NCBI GenBank assembly: GCA_019058445.1
Contig: JAHPZA010000006.1
Coordinates: 960,001 to 1,024,000 of the forward strand
Length of the DNA: 64,000 nt
From: Promethearchaeota archaeon
GTDB taxonomy: Archaea > Asgardarchaeota > Lokiarchaeia > Sigyniarchaeales > SOKP01
Reading direction: 5' to 3'
Shown: positions 1 to 10,160 of the stretch, piece after piece
Position numbering within the stretch: position 1 is the stretch's first letter
Layout of the letters: every line of letters starts with the position of its first letter
Program-made: the position numbers and the translations under genes
The notes under the pieces: generated by a model
Seen by the model: the letters and a program-made list of their open reading frames with translations, nothing else
Database searches by the model: none
What the model was told of the DNA's origin: nothing

Positions 1-467
1 TCCGGTAAAGTATTCGCAATTCCGCTCATAATTATCCAATCAAATCCCATATCTTTGACAACAGAGATTACTTCCTCGGAAACTGCCATTTCAGGGGGAA
101 AAAACCCTCTAGTTTTATAAACATTGCCAAAAAATTGATGATTTGTCCTATTATTCAGGTCGATTTGACGTCTAATTTCGGGGGCGGGGATAAGAGGTAA
201 GAGCGGATGGAATTTTCCCGAGCCGGTAAATTCGATCTGCCCCCTAGATGCAAGAGTCGCTATTCTTTCAATTAAATCAACATAACCGAAATCATTCAAC
301 TGTTCTGTTAAAGTACCATTAATATTAAGTGTCACTTTCACTTCTGGATGGTTTTTTAATGCATTGATAATCGGTTTATATGATTCATTGACAATTTGTT
401 TAATAACTGGCGGGATTTGTATTGGAGGTTGATATATATGAAATAAGAAACTAAAATATACCACCAT
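1..467 (-). CDS. Glycoside hydrolase family 57 protein (5' part; runs off the left edge)
   Basis: Not in ORF track. Manual translation from ATG at 467: MVVYFSFLFHIYQPP...VTLNINGTL...FHPLLPLIP...GFFPPEMAV. HxYQP, HPLLPL and GFxPPE are GH57 motifs. Confidence 0.85.
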   Translation of the reverse strand, partial: MVVYFSFLFHIYQPPIQIPPVIKQIVNESYKPIINALKNHPEVKVTLNINGTLTEQLNDFGYVDLIERIATLASRGQIEFTGSGKFHPLLPLIPAPEIRRQIDLNNRTNHQFFGNVYKTRGFFPPEMAVSEEVISVVKDMGFDWIIMSGIANTLP

Positions 468-540
468 GATATATCATATTGAATGGATTATTTTTTAATT
501 TTGAGATTTATTATATTCAATATAAGATTACATAACTGGC

Positions 541-1383
541 TTACAATACAGGAGGGCCTTGAAGGATTCTTTCAAGCATTTTTTTTGGTGAGTTGGAAAA
601 CCTTAAGTCATTTATTCTTTCGCTCCACCATGTAATTCCTGCTTCTATATAGGGCTTTACAACCTTAGCTCCTTCTTCTGGATTGCCCGGAGTTTCTCCC
701 GCGAAAAAAACATCAAAATTACCGGTTTTGGAACGGTTTTTTTTTATAAATTCTAAGATTTCTGTAATTTCCGCTGGAGTTAATAATTGAGGATGTCTAA
801 TACTACTAGGGCATATTCCATCGAATCGAGCAGCACGAAGGAAAGGTTTTTTATGAGGCCACATTCCCGCAACCCAGATAGGAATATGATCATTTACGGG
901 AGTGGGAAGAAATTTAATTTTTCTTACCGTGAAATAGTCTCCTCTATATTTAAAAGGTTCTCCCGACCATAATCCCCTTATAATATCAAGTCCCTCATCG
1001 AGTTTTTTAGCACGAATTCGAGGATCCTTTTCTTCCCCGAAAGTTGTAAATTCGGATGCGGGATCTCCTAATCCTACTCCAAGAATAAATCGACCATTGG
1101 AAAGATGATCTATAGAAGTAACTTCACGAGCTAACTGCCATGGACGACGACGTGGAATGGGAGTGACCATTGTACCAATTTTGATATCTTGGGTTTCCAT
1201 TGCTATAGCGGCAAGTGCGATCCAAGGATCTGTGTATGATAGGCCTAAACCTTTCATGAATGCAATTTGATCATATAAAAAAAACCCATCCCAACCCGCA
1301 TCCTCCGCTTCATGAGCTAATTTAGCAATATCTCTTGGATTATAATAATAACCATAATTTGGAAAATCGATTGCATACTTCAT
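541..1383 (-). CDS. LLM-class (luciferase-like) flavin/F420-dependent oxidoreductase
   Basis: AEDAGWDGFF, DPWIALAAIA, IGTMVTP..RRRPWQLARE, LSNGRFILGVGLG are LLM-family motifs. Confidence 0.85.
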   Translation of the reverse strand: MKYAIDFPNYGYYYNPRDIAKLAHEAEDAGWDGFFLYDQIAFMKGLGLSYTDPWIALAAIAMETQDIKIGTMVTPIPRRRPWQLAREVTSIDHLSNGRFILGVGLGDPASEFTTFGEEKDPRIRAKKLDEGLDIIRGLWSGEPFKYRGDYFTVRKIKFLPTPVNDHIPIWVAGMWPHKKPFLRAARFDGICPSSIRHPQLLTPAEITEILEFIKKNRSKTGNFDVFFAGETPGNPEEGAKVVKPYIEAGITWWSERINDLRFSNSPKKMLERILQGPPVL

Positions 1384-1594
1384 TAGAATACCTTGTAACT
1401 GATTTACTAAGAATGAATTCGTAATTCTTAATAAAATATTAGTATATTACGAATCTATTTGTTTTATAAAAAACTATTTTTTGATTCATACACTAGAATC
1501 ATTATTAAAATAAGTTGATTAAAAATTATATTTCTCTTCTTAAAGCTAAAATATTATATTATATACTAGAATGAGCACTGGAAATTGTAAGAAT

Positions 1595-3109
1595 ATGACC
1601 AAAAGAATAAATCCTATAATTGTGGGCATATCACAATATACACAACCAAAGGATATTCCTCAACCGCTGGATCCTCTTCGTTTAATTTTAAAGACCAGTA
1701 AAAAAGCTCTTGATGATGCAGGAGCAGACAAATTAAAAGATTTTATCGATTCAATATATATGATTAATATTAACAGCTGGTCCTATGAAGATGCTCCTGG
1801 TGAACTTAGTAATATCATTCGCATAAAACCTGTTCAAAAGGTCTTCTTACCTGATGGTGGGGATTCCCCTCAAATGCTAGTCAATCGAGCTGCTAAAGCT
1901 ATAGCCACTGGAAAAAGTCAGGCAGTACTGATTACTGGGGGAGAGGCCTCATATTCGATTTATCGCGCTAGGAAGGGTGAAATCACACTGAATTGGCCAG
2001 AAAAAAAGACTCCAAAATATATGGAAGATAATTTGTGGAATGGTACAAGTGATTTTGAAAATAAATATGGAATGATTTTCCCTTCATGTTCATATGCTTT
2101 ATTTGAATCAACTATACGTGGAGAATCAGGCAGAAGCCTTGAAGAACATCGAGTCTACATGGGCAAGCTTTTTGAACGTTATTCTAAAATTGCCTCTAAA
2201 AATCCGTATGCTTGGAGTCAAAAATCTTATACTGTTGATGAGATCACAATCCCAAGTCCACAGAATCGCAAAGTCATCTATCCTTACACCAAACGCATGT
2301 GTTCAAATTTGTTTGTGGATCAATCAGGTGCTCTGATAATTACAAGCGAAGAAATTGCTAAAAAACTTAAAATTGATCCTACAAGTTGGGTTTATTTAAT
2401 GGGAGGTGCGGACTTTAAAAATATATTTAATATTTCTCAACGTCCGAAGCTGTTTGATTCACCTGCAGCAAGGAAAGGATCGAAACGTGCATTAGAACAA
2501 GCAGGCCTTTCACTTGGAGATATAGATGTATTTGACATATATAGTTGCTTTCCTTCTATAGTACAAATTATTACAAATGAAATGGATCTTTCTGTTGATG
2601 ATCCCCGTGATCTTACAATAACTGGGGGGCTTCCTTATTTCGGAGGCCCTTGGAGTAATTATTCACTTCACGCAATAATTACCGCAGTCGATATTATTCG
2701 TAAAAATCGCTCTAAAAAAATAATGGTTGTAGCAAATGGAGGATACAATACGAAGCAATCATTTGGAATATATGGTAATCAACCTCCAGTTATACCATGG
2801 GAAGAACGTGATGATACAGAAATTCAAAAAGAGATTCTAAGGGAAGCATTACCAGATCCAGTGAAAGAAGCAAATGGACAGATAACAATAGAAGCTTATA
2901 CAATCTATTATGAGCGAGATGGAAGACCAAAACGAGGTATTGTTATAGGATATTTAGAAGATGGAAGTCGTACATTCGCTAGAATTGAAGATAAACCTGA
3001 GAGATTAGAAGAGTTAGAACATCAAAACCTTCTTGGAAGAACTTTTCATGTTCATTTTGATAAAGAGAGCGAAGTTAATTTAATATCGTTAAATGAAGAA
3101 TTGAATTAA
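1595..3109 (+). CDS. Thiolase-like protein (TLP1 / acetyl-CoA acetyltransferase-like), paralog 1
   Basis: GGDSPQ..VN, GGEA, DIYSCFPS, TITGGLPYFGGP.NYSLHAI, ANGG and a C-terminal extra domain. Start moved from 1571 to ATG 1595 from TATA position and alignment to the paralog. Confidence 0.85.
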   Translation: MTKRINPIIVGISQYTQPKDIPQPLDPLRLILKTSKKALDDAGADKLKDFIDSIYMININSWSYEDAPGELSNIIRIKPVQKVFLPDGGDSPQMLVNRAAKAIATGKSQAVLITGGEASYSIYRARKGEITLNWPEKKTPKYMEDNLWNGTSDFENKYGMIFPSCSYALFESTIRGESGRSLEEHRVYMGKLFERYSKIASKNPYAWSQKSYTVDEITIPSPQNRKVIYPYTKRMCSNLFVDQSGALIITSEEIAKKLKIDPTSWVYLMGGADFKNIFNISQRPKLFDSPAARKGSKRALEQAGLSLGDIDVFDIYSCFPSIVQIITNEMDLSVDDPRDLTITGGLPYFGGPWSNYSLHAIITAVDIIRKNRSKKIMVVANGGYNTKQSFGIYGNQPPVIPWEERDDTEIQKEILREALPDPVKEANGQITIEAYTIYYERDGRPKRGIVIGYLEDGSRTFARIEDKPERLEELEHQNLLGRTFHVHFDKESEVNLISLNEELN

Positions 3110-3135
3110 ACATAAGATAAAATAAGACCACAGCT

Positions 3136-4410
3136 ATGTTTTCTAAAGATAGTACTGACCGATATACTGCTGATTTTAATATTATGATAAAAATAGCTAT
3201 TTTAACTAGCTTAGGATTCTTTTTTATGGGATTTTTAATTCCCATTATAAGTAGGCAAAACATGAATGCCACGGGCTTAGAAATTGGATTAATTATTTCT
3301 GCAATGGTTATTGGTTTTACATTAAGTAGCTCATTCGTCGGAGTTCTTACTGATCGAACAAAATCAAAGCGTCTTCTCATATTCATAGGCTCAATGGGAC
3401 GGGGCATTTCCTACGTAATTTTTTATATCAGCATCATTATAAACGTCTTAATAGGTATGTGGGTAGGAATGTTTATATTAGGTTTTTTTGCTGGATTTTT
3501 TTGGATACCTTTTGATACTCTTATTGCAGAGAAATCTAATAAGAATAACCGTTCTCAAGCTTTTGGAAAGAGAGATTCGGCAAATGCCATAGGACAGGTA
3601 ATTGGAGGATTAATCGGATTTGGGATCTTACTTACTGTGGGAATATTTACTGACAATCCGTTTTATTTATATAGTGCCATTCTAATATTTGGTAGCGCAA
3701 ATTTTATAGCAGGAATCTTATTTATGAGGTATGTGGACGAATCTATTAAATTTTACGATGATAATGTGGTGTCAAATGAAAATGAAGATGATAAGATAGA
3801 TTCGTCTATATTTAAATTTCCCAAACCTATGATAGTTGGTTTACTTGTTCTTTTTAGCGTAGTTCTCATGGCTAGTATTAACGGAAATTTAGCGAAGCCT
3901 TTTTTAAATATTTATATCATCGAAAATCTTAGTGATAATTTGTACATTGTCATTCTTATCTATTTACCATCTGGTTTATTAGCCACATTTCTCGCTCCAA
4001 AATTAGGAGAAATTGTTGATAAACTTGAACCTAGAATTGCAATTGTTATGCTAAGTTTGTCTGGAGCGATTGTGACATGGTTCTTAATAAACACTCAAAA
4101 TCTTGTTTTATTTACTATTCTTTTATTAATAGATATCACGATTGCTATTTCTTCTGGGTTATTATTTCGAAATCTTTTGAGCAGAATAACTATAGAACAC
4201 CGCGGAAAGATTTTAGGGATTTGTTCATTTTTTGCAAATGTTGGATCTATTATTGGTCCTATTTTAGGAGGGTTTGTATGGGATATATCTGGACCAAAAG
4301 CCCCATTTATAGTTTCGATATTTGTTGAATTATGTTTGATCCCGCTTTACTTTATTGTAGTTCATTTGTTATTACCTCACGTGGCTGAAACATATGAAAA
4401 AGATGAGTAA
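3136..4410 (+). CDS. MFS transporter
   Basis: About 12 hydrophobic segments; GVLTDRTKSKR and GEIVDKLEPR motif-A loops; IGPILGGFVWD. Confidence 0.9.
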   Translation: MFSKDSTDRYTADFNIMIKIAILTSLGFFFMGFLIPIISRQNMNATGLEIGLIISAMVIGFTLSSSFVGVLTDRTKSKRLLIFIGSMGRGISYVIFYISIIINVLIGMWVGMFILGFFAGFFWIPFDTLIAEKSNKNNRSQAFGKRDSANAIGQVIGGLIGFGILLTVGIFTDNPFYLYSAILIFGSANFIAGILFMRYVDESIKFYDDNVVSNENEDDKIDSSIFKFPKPMIVGLLVLFSVVLMASINGNLAKPFLNIYIIENLSDNLYIVILIYLPSGLLATFLAPKLGEIVDKLEPRIAIVMLSLSGAIVTWFLINTQNLVLFTILLLIDITIAISSGLLFRNLLSRITIEHRGKILGICSFFANVGSIIGPILGGFVWDISGPKAPFIVSIFVELCLIPLYFIVVHLLLPHVAETYEKDE

Positions 4411-4491
4411 AAACTGATCCTAGATTGCTTAAGCAATGACGTTTTTGTCAAATCGAAATGGATTTAAAATTTTTAATATTTCTATGTGACA

Positions 4492-5997
4492 ATGAAAATT
4501 AAATCTTGTCCCATAATTGTTGGGGTAGCCCAATACACCCAGCCTAAAGACATATCACAGCCACTTGACCCGCTTAATCTAATGGTTAACACATGCCAAA
4601 AGGCTTTTTTTGACACAGGAAATGTGGAAATAAAGAATAATATTGATACATTGTACATGGTAAACATTAATAGCTGGTCTTATAAAGATGCCCCCAGTGA
4701 ACTCAGTAACATCCTTGGTATAAATCCGGGGCAAAAAGTTTATTTACCAGATGGTGGGGATTCACCTCAGATGCTAGTCAATAGAGGTGCTAAAGCTATT
4801 GCGTCTGGAAGAAGTAAAGCTATTCTTATAACAGGCGGAGAAGCTGCCTATTCAGTTTATCGTGAAAGAAAAAAAAAAATAAGATTAAATTGGCCAAGGA
4901 AAAAAACCCATAAATATATAGAAAAGAATTCGCAGCCTTATACATCTGGATTTGAAAACAAATATGGGATGATTTATCCTTCTTGTACATATGCTATGTT
5001 TGAAACAGCTGTACGTGCAGCATCGGGGAGAAGTCTTGAACAACAAAGGGAGTATATTGGTAAATTATTTGAGCATTATTCTAAAATAGCTTCAAAAAAT
5101 CCTTATGCGTGGAGCCAAAAATCCTATACAGCTCAAGAAATTTGTACTCCCTCTCCAAAGAATCGTAATATAATGTATCCTTACACCAAACATATGTGTT
5201 CAAATATATTTGTTGATCAGTCAGCCTCATTGATAATGACGAGTGAAAAAATAGCCGAGGAACTAAATATTGATCCTAAACGCAGGGTTTACCCTATGGG
5301 GGGTGCTGATTTAAAAAATATCTTAAGTATTATTAGTCGTCCAAACCTCTACGATTCTCCCGCAGCCAGAGAAGGGTCACGACTCGCATTAAAGCAAGCG
5401 GGTCTTACAGTTGAAGATATTGATGCTTTTGACATCTATAATTGCTTTCCTTCCATGGTACAAATAATTATGAATGAAATTGGTCTTTCTGTCGATGATC
5501 CTCGTGATCTTACGATAACAGGAGGGCTTCCTTACTTTGGTGGACCCCTTAGCAATTATTCAATGCATGCTATAATTGATAGTGTTAATTTAATCCGTAA
5601 AGATCCCGCTAAAAAAATTATGGTGGTAGCCAATGGAGGATATAACACTAAACAATCCTTTGGAATTTATGGGACTCAACCACCTGTGATACCTTGGGAT
5701 GAACGAAATGATTTAGAAATACAGCAGTCTATTTTTTCGAAATCTGTACCGGAGCCGATTGAGGTAGCAAATAGTCAAATTACAATTGAAGCATACACGA
5801 TTTATTATGACCGAAATGGAATGCCAAAACGAGTAATTGTATGTGGGCATCTAGAAAATGGTCGTCGAACACTTGCTATAATTGAAGAGGCACCGGAGTT
5901 ATTGGAAAACTTGGAAAACCAGGAACTTGTTGGAAAAGTATTCCCCGTTCATCATGATTCCAATGAGGATTTTAATTTCATTTCCATTAAGGATTAA
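4492..5997 (+). CDS. Thiolase-like protein (TLP1-like), paralog 2
   Basis: Colinear close paralog of 1595..3109 (LPDGGDSPQMLVNR, DIYNCFPS, TITGGLPYFGGP). Confidence 0.85.
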   Translation: MKIKSCPIIVGVAQYTQPKDISQPLDPLNLMVNTCQKAFFDTGNVEIKNNIDTLYMVNINSWSYKDAPSELSNILGINPGQKVYLPDGGDSPQMLVNRGAKAIASGRSKAILITGGEAAYSVYRERKKKIRLNWPRKKTHKYIEKNSQPYTSGFENKYGMIYPSCTYAMFETAVRAASGRSLEQQREYIGKLFEHYSKIASKNPYAWSQKSYTAQEICTPSPKNRNIMYPYTKHMCSNIFVDQSASLIMTSEKIAEELNIDPKRRVYPMGGADLKNILSIISRPNLYDSPAAREGSRLALKQAGLTVEDIDAFDIYNCFPSMVQIIMNEIGLSVDDPRDLTITGGLPYFGGPLSNYSMHAIIDSVNLIRKDPAKKIMVVANGGYNTKQSFGIYGTQPPVIPWDERNDLEIQQSIFSKSVPEPIEVANSQITIEAYTIYYDRNGMPKRVIVCGHLENGRRTLAIIEEAPELLENLENQELVGKVFPVHHDSNEDFNFISIKD

Positions 5998-6771
5998 TTA
6001 ATCATTGTGAATCTCTAATGTGTCTAAGTCATCCGGAATAACAATTTCCTTATTAAATATTTCTTTTAAGTTTTTTATAGATTTTACCACCTTCTTCGCA
6101 AAGAGCGGGTAAAGGTGAACTAAGACCAATTTTTGACTGTTAGCGTCTCTAGCCATTTTTACTGCATCAGTGGGAGTGCTATGTCCATATTCATCTGCAA
6201 ATTTACTATATTTATCTGGCAATGTTGATTCACATATAAAAACTTCACAGTTTTCTGCTAATTTAACTAAATGCGGGATAGGTCTTGTATCTCCAGAGTA
6301 ACAAACAGAGTTATTATTTTTTTCTATACGATAAGCAAAGGCAATTATAGCATGATCCATCTTGGCGCTTTTTATTGTATAATCTCCTTTAAATTCTTGA
6401 ATCTCATTTGTATCATGTAACTCATTAAAGCGAATATTGAAATTAAATGCGCCAAATCCACCGGGAACGTTTAGTAAGGTAAATATTTTTTCAGTAGTAG
6501 CTTTTGTGTGGGGAGGACCAATAATTGTCAAGTCTTTGGTTCTATTACTGAGCCAGTAATGCCAGAGTAAGGAAAATAATCCCGAGAAATGATCTCCATG
6601 TAAATGTGTTATACAGATTATATTAATTGTATCTATTGCTTTTAATCGCAATAATTTCTGAGTACAGCCCTCACCGCAATCAAGAAAAAGATCGTTATTT
6701 ATTAAAAGTGAGGGAAAAGTTCGGTTCTCCGTCATGAGACTACCTGTTGTTCCTAAGAAAGTGATTTTCAT
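5998..6771 (-). CDS. Metallo-beta-lactamase fold hydrolase, RNase Z/ElaC/AtsA-like
   Basis: ITFLGT, LDCGEG, THLHGDH, YSGDT, GHST, LVH motifs. Confidence 0.85.
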   Translation of the reverse strand: MKITFLGTTGSLMTENRTFPSLLINNDLFLDCGEGCTQKLLRLKAIDTINIICITHLHGDHFSGLFSLLWHYWLSNRTKDLTIIGPPHTKATTEKIFTLLNVPGGFGAFNFNIRFNELHDTNEIQEFKGDYTIKSAKMDHAIIAFAYRIEKNNNSVCYSGDTRPIPHLVKLAENCEVFICESTLPDKYSKFADEYGHSTPTDAVKMARDANSQKLVLVHLYPLFAKKVVKSIKNLKEIFNKEIVIPDDLDTLEIHND

Positions 6772-6833
6772 CTTAAATACCTATTAATTTACTTTAGACT
6801 ATTAAATATTATTTAGTATATAAGAAATTGGAA

Positions 6834-8363
6834 TTATGCTCGAGCCTGTCTTCTAGGAGTACGATCTTGAAGTTTTATAAGTTCATGAAGTAATTTACTT
6901 ATTAATTTATTTTTCAATTCCCTTGAATTTTTATCGTCCCATAAATTATGTTGTTCCTGTGGATCGTTCTTTAAATTGTATAAATCTCCTGCATCTTCCC
7001 GGATATTATAAACAGTAATTCTATAGTCTCCAGTTATCATGGTACGGACTTTCATTGAAGGTAGATTTAATGAATCTTTAGCATCTTCAAAATCTTGATC
7101 CTCTTCAATAATACAATGATCTCTTACTTGTACTGAAGGATCTCTTAAAATAGGGGATAAATCATATCCTTGCATAACAGGTGGATAATCTTTAGCTTTA
7201 ATATTTAATAATTTCAGAATTGTTGAGGGAATATCAATTGAACTGGCAAGAGAATTAGTTATCGTGCCAGGCTTAGTTAAACTGGGTACTTTCCATATAA
7301 ATGGCACTTTTAAAACCCCCTGGAAATGAGCCAGAGCTTTGAGAATAATTCCATGATCGGCCATAAAGTCGCCATGATCGCTTGTGAAAATTATCATTGT
7401 GTTATTCCCCAATCCAAAAGAATTTAATGCGGCTAATATTTGGCCTACACCATGGTCAATCATGGAAATTGTTCCGTATGTATATGCTATAAATTTTCTT
7501 GCTTCTTCTTCAGTTGTTTCCCGCATCGTTGTTCTTCTATACACATTTACATACTTTCCTAAAGCTTTATGGTTATAAAGAGGTTTTATGTCATTAAATG
7601 TTAATGGTAATTTGATTTTTTCAGGATTATACATAGTTTTATATTTTCCAGGTGGACAAACCGGATGATGGGGATCTGGAAATGAACAGTGCAAGAAAAA
7701 GGGTTTTTTTCCATAATAACCCTCTGAAAATCTTTTTAGAAATAAAATTATTTCCTCTGTTATATAATTTGTATGATATATTTCTTCTGGTATTGGTGAC
7801 TCATCAAGCACTTCATGGAAAAGTCTAGGTGCTCTATGCTTAATTAATTCAAAATATTCAGGTGCTCTTTCCTCAACCCAATCCAGATAATGACCTGAAA
7901 CCGCATCTCCATGGCCAATGGTTAGCATAACTTCATCTAATCCATGATAGGGGTGAGGGATGGGCTTTCTTTTATCTTTAGGTTTGTATAAAAATGGGAT
8001 CATTTGTTCCGCTGAATTAAATTTTCTGCTAAAAGGAGTTCCATAAAAATTCAAATGAATTTTTCCAATAGAACAGGTATGATACCCATTATCGAGCAAA
8101 GTTTTTGTAAATGTAGGGATATCAGAATCTAAATTTATTCCATTACATCTAACCCCATGAATGCTTGGATATTTTCCTGTAAATATAGTGGATCTATTCG
8201 GCATGCAGATTGGGTTTGCGACATAAGCATTTGTAAATCTAACTCCCTCAGCAGCAAGGCGATCCAAATTTGGAGTTTTCAGATCAGGATTTCCAGCACA
8301 ACCAAGATGATCAGCACGTTGCTGATCTGTAATTATGAACAAAACATTCATTTTTTCACTCAT
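6834..8363 (-). CDS. Sulfatase (formylglycine-dependent, Cys-type)
   Basis: ITDQQR, CMPNRSTIFTG, GKIH, PDPH, SDHG; no signal peptide; start taken at MSEKMN. Confidence 0.9.
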   Translation of the reverse strand: MSEKMNVLFIITDQQRADHLGCAGNPDLKTPNLDRLAAEGVRFTNAYVANPICMPNRSTIFTGKYPSIHGVRCNGINLDSDIPTFTKTLLDNGYHTCSIGKIHLNFYGTPFSRKFNSAEQMIPFLYKPKDKRKPIPHPYHGLDEVMLTIGHGDAVSGHYLDWVEERAPEYFELIKHRAPRLFHEVLDESPIPEEIYHTNYITEEIILFLKRFSEGYYGKKPFFLHCSFPDPHHPVCPPGKYKTMYNPEKIKLPLTFNDIKPLYNHKALGKYVNVYRRTTMRETTEEEARKFIAYTYGTISMIDHGVGQILAALNSFGLGNNTMIIFTSDHGDFMADHGIILKALAHFQGVLKVPFIWKVPSLTKPGTITNSLASSIDIPSTILKLLNIKAKDYPPVMQGYDLSPILRDPSVQVRDHCIIEEDQDFEDAKDSLNLPSMKVRTMITGDYRITVYNIREDAGDLYNLKNDPQEQHNLWDDKNSRELKNKLISKLLHELIKLQDRTPRRQARA

Positions 8364-8508
8364 AACTTCTATCACATAATAATTAATCTATAATAAAAAC
8401 TACCAAATATGTCAGAAGTGATTAATAGTTCTTACTAGATAGTTTTATATATAATGTTAACCCAAATGTAAAAAAGTAATTAAACAATTGCATTTAAAGA
8501 TATTTAAT

Positions 8509-9903
8509 ATGGTAAATTCAGAAAAAGAAATTACACACTCGAAGGCTGTTATGGCTTCGTATGGTATGGGAGCAGCAATAAATCAATTCTTTAGAATGGC
8601 ATTTGTCGCGTTCGGTTTCTATTTTTATGAAGGGGAAATAGGCTTAGACGTTTGGATAACCGCACTAGGATACATTTTATTTGCGATATGGAATGCAGTT
8701 AACGACCCTCTAGTAGGCTATTTAACTAATCGACCTTTTAAATTCACTAAAAAATGGGGTAGAAGGTTTCCTTGGACCATGATCGGAGGAATTCCTTGGG
8801 TTCTTACATATATTCTTGTTTTTACTCCACCTGCTGTTGATCCGGTAGCAGGGGCATGGATTCTTTTTGGATGGCTTGTGTTTTCCACATGTTTGTTTGA
8901 CACATTTAATTCTATTTGGTGGGTAAATTATTATTCTCTTTTTCCTGATAAATTTCGTTCACTAAAGGAGCGTAGGACTGCTACCGGAATCGTGACTCCC
9001 ATAGGAATTGTCGGAATAACCCTTGGAGGGATAGTACCACCTCTACTTATTACTTATGGTGTTCCCACTACTTTTATTATTCAAGCTGGAGTTGTTTCTA
9101 TAATCGCATTTATTATGCTGATGCTTGGGATCCCCGGTTGGCGCGATGATCCCGATTCTGTTGAGAAATATCTCGAAAAATATGAAAAGGAGAAAGAAGA
9201 AGAATCCTTCTTTAAATCTATGATATCTACATTCCACCAAAGATCATGGGTTCTTTTGTTGATTATATATTTAACGTGGCAAGTATTAACGTTTTGCGTT
9301 CAAGCTTCGATTCCCTATCTTATGCGATTTGTTCTAAAAATGCAAGCTAGTGCCCAATTATTCTTACAAGTTGGATTTCTCATAGGTGCCATCATTTCAA
9401 TCCCCCTTTGGGTTAAATTAGCAAACAAACTAAATGATAATAAAAAAGTTTATGTAATTGCGGGTTTAATATTAGTTGTTTTCTCGATTCCGCTCTCATT
9501 ATTTGCTAATTATAACATCCTTATTCTATTATTTATTTTATGGGGTGTAGGACTTGGGGGATTTTGGGCATTAAATCGAATAATTTTAAGTGATGTGGTG
9601 GATGAAGCAGTGGTGAATACTGGGAAACGGGAAGAGGGAATATACAGTGGGATATTCATGTTTTTTAATCGTGTGGCTATAATTATTCAAGTAGTTATAT
9701 TTGCTACTGTACATACCATGACAGGATTCGTAGAAGGTGCAGATAGTCAATCAACTCAAGCTCAATGGGGTATCCAATTACACCTTGGAATTATTCCAGC
9801 AATAGTACTTCTCTTTGGTACATTACTTTTCTGGAAATTTTATGATTTAACACCTAGTAGGATAGAAGACGTACAAAGTAAATTAAAACAAATGGGCCTC
9901 TAA
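8509..9903 (+). CDS. MFS transporter, GPH (MelB-like) family
   Basis: WNAVNDPLVG, KWGRRFPW, SDVVDE..TGKREEGIY are GPH-family motifs; about 12 TMs. Start moved to ATG 8509. Confidence 0.9.
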   Translation: MVNSEKEITHSKAVMASYGMGAAINQFFRMAFVAFGFYFYEGEIGLDVWITALGYILFAIWNAVNDPLVGYLTNRPFKFTKKWGRRFPWTMIGGIPWVLTYILVFTPPAVDPVAGAWILFGWLVFSTCLFDTFNSIWWVNYYSLFPDKFRSLKERRTATGIVTPIGIVGITLGGIVPPLLITYGVPTTFIIQAGVVSIIAFIMLMLGIPGWRDDPDSVEKYLEKYEKEKEEESFFKSMISTFHQRSWVLLLIIYLTWQVLTFCVQASIPYLMRFVLKMQASAQLFLQVGFLIGAIISIPLWVKLANKLNDNKKVYVIAGLILVVFSIPLSLFANYNILILLFILWGVGLGGFWALNRIILSDVVDEAVVNTGKREEGIYSGIFMFFNRVAIIIQVVIFATVHTMTGFVEGADSQSTQAQWGIQLHLGIIPAIVLLFGTLLFWKFYDLTPSRIEDVQSKLKQMGL

Positions 9904-10160
9904 ATTAATTTAACAAAATTTAAAAAAAATTCCTTTTTTTTTAGTAGAGTAGAAAAGATCTACTCTTAAAAAGATCAAATGCTAATAATAGCCAAGAAAA
10001 GAGAGTCTGAAAGCGTAAAGCTTTACAACCAAAGGCAAAAATGCATAATTAGGGATTAAATGCGATTTATCATAAAAATAAGAAAAAATAAAAAAAAGAT
10101 GTTAATAACTCTTTATTTATTTAAAGAGTTGCAAATCATAAGTCAATATATTTAAGAGAA

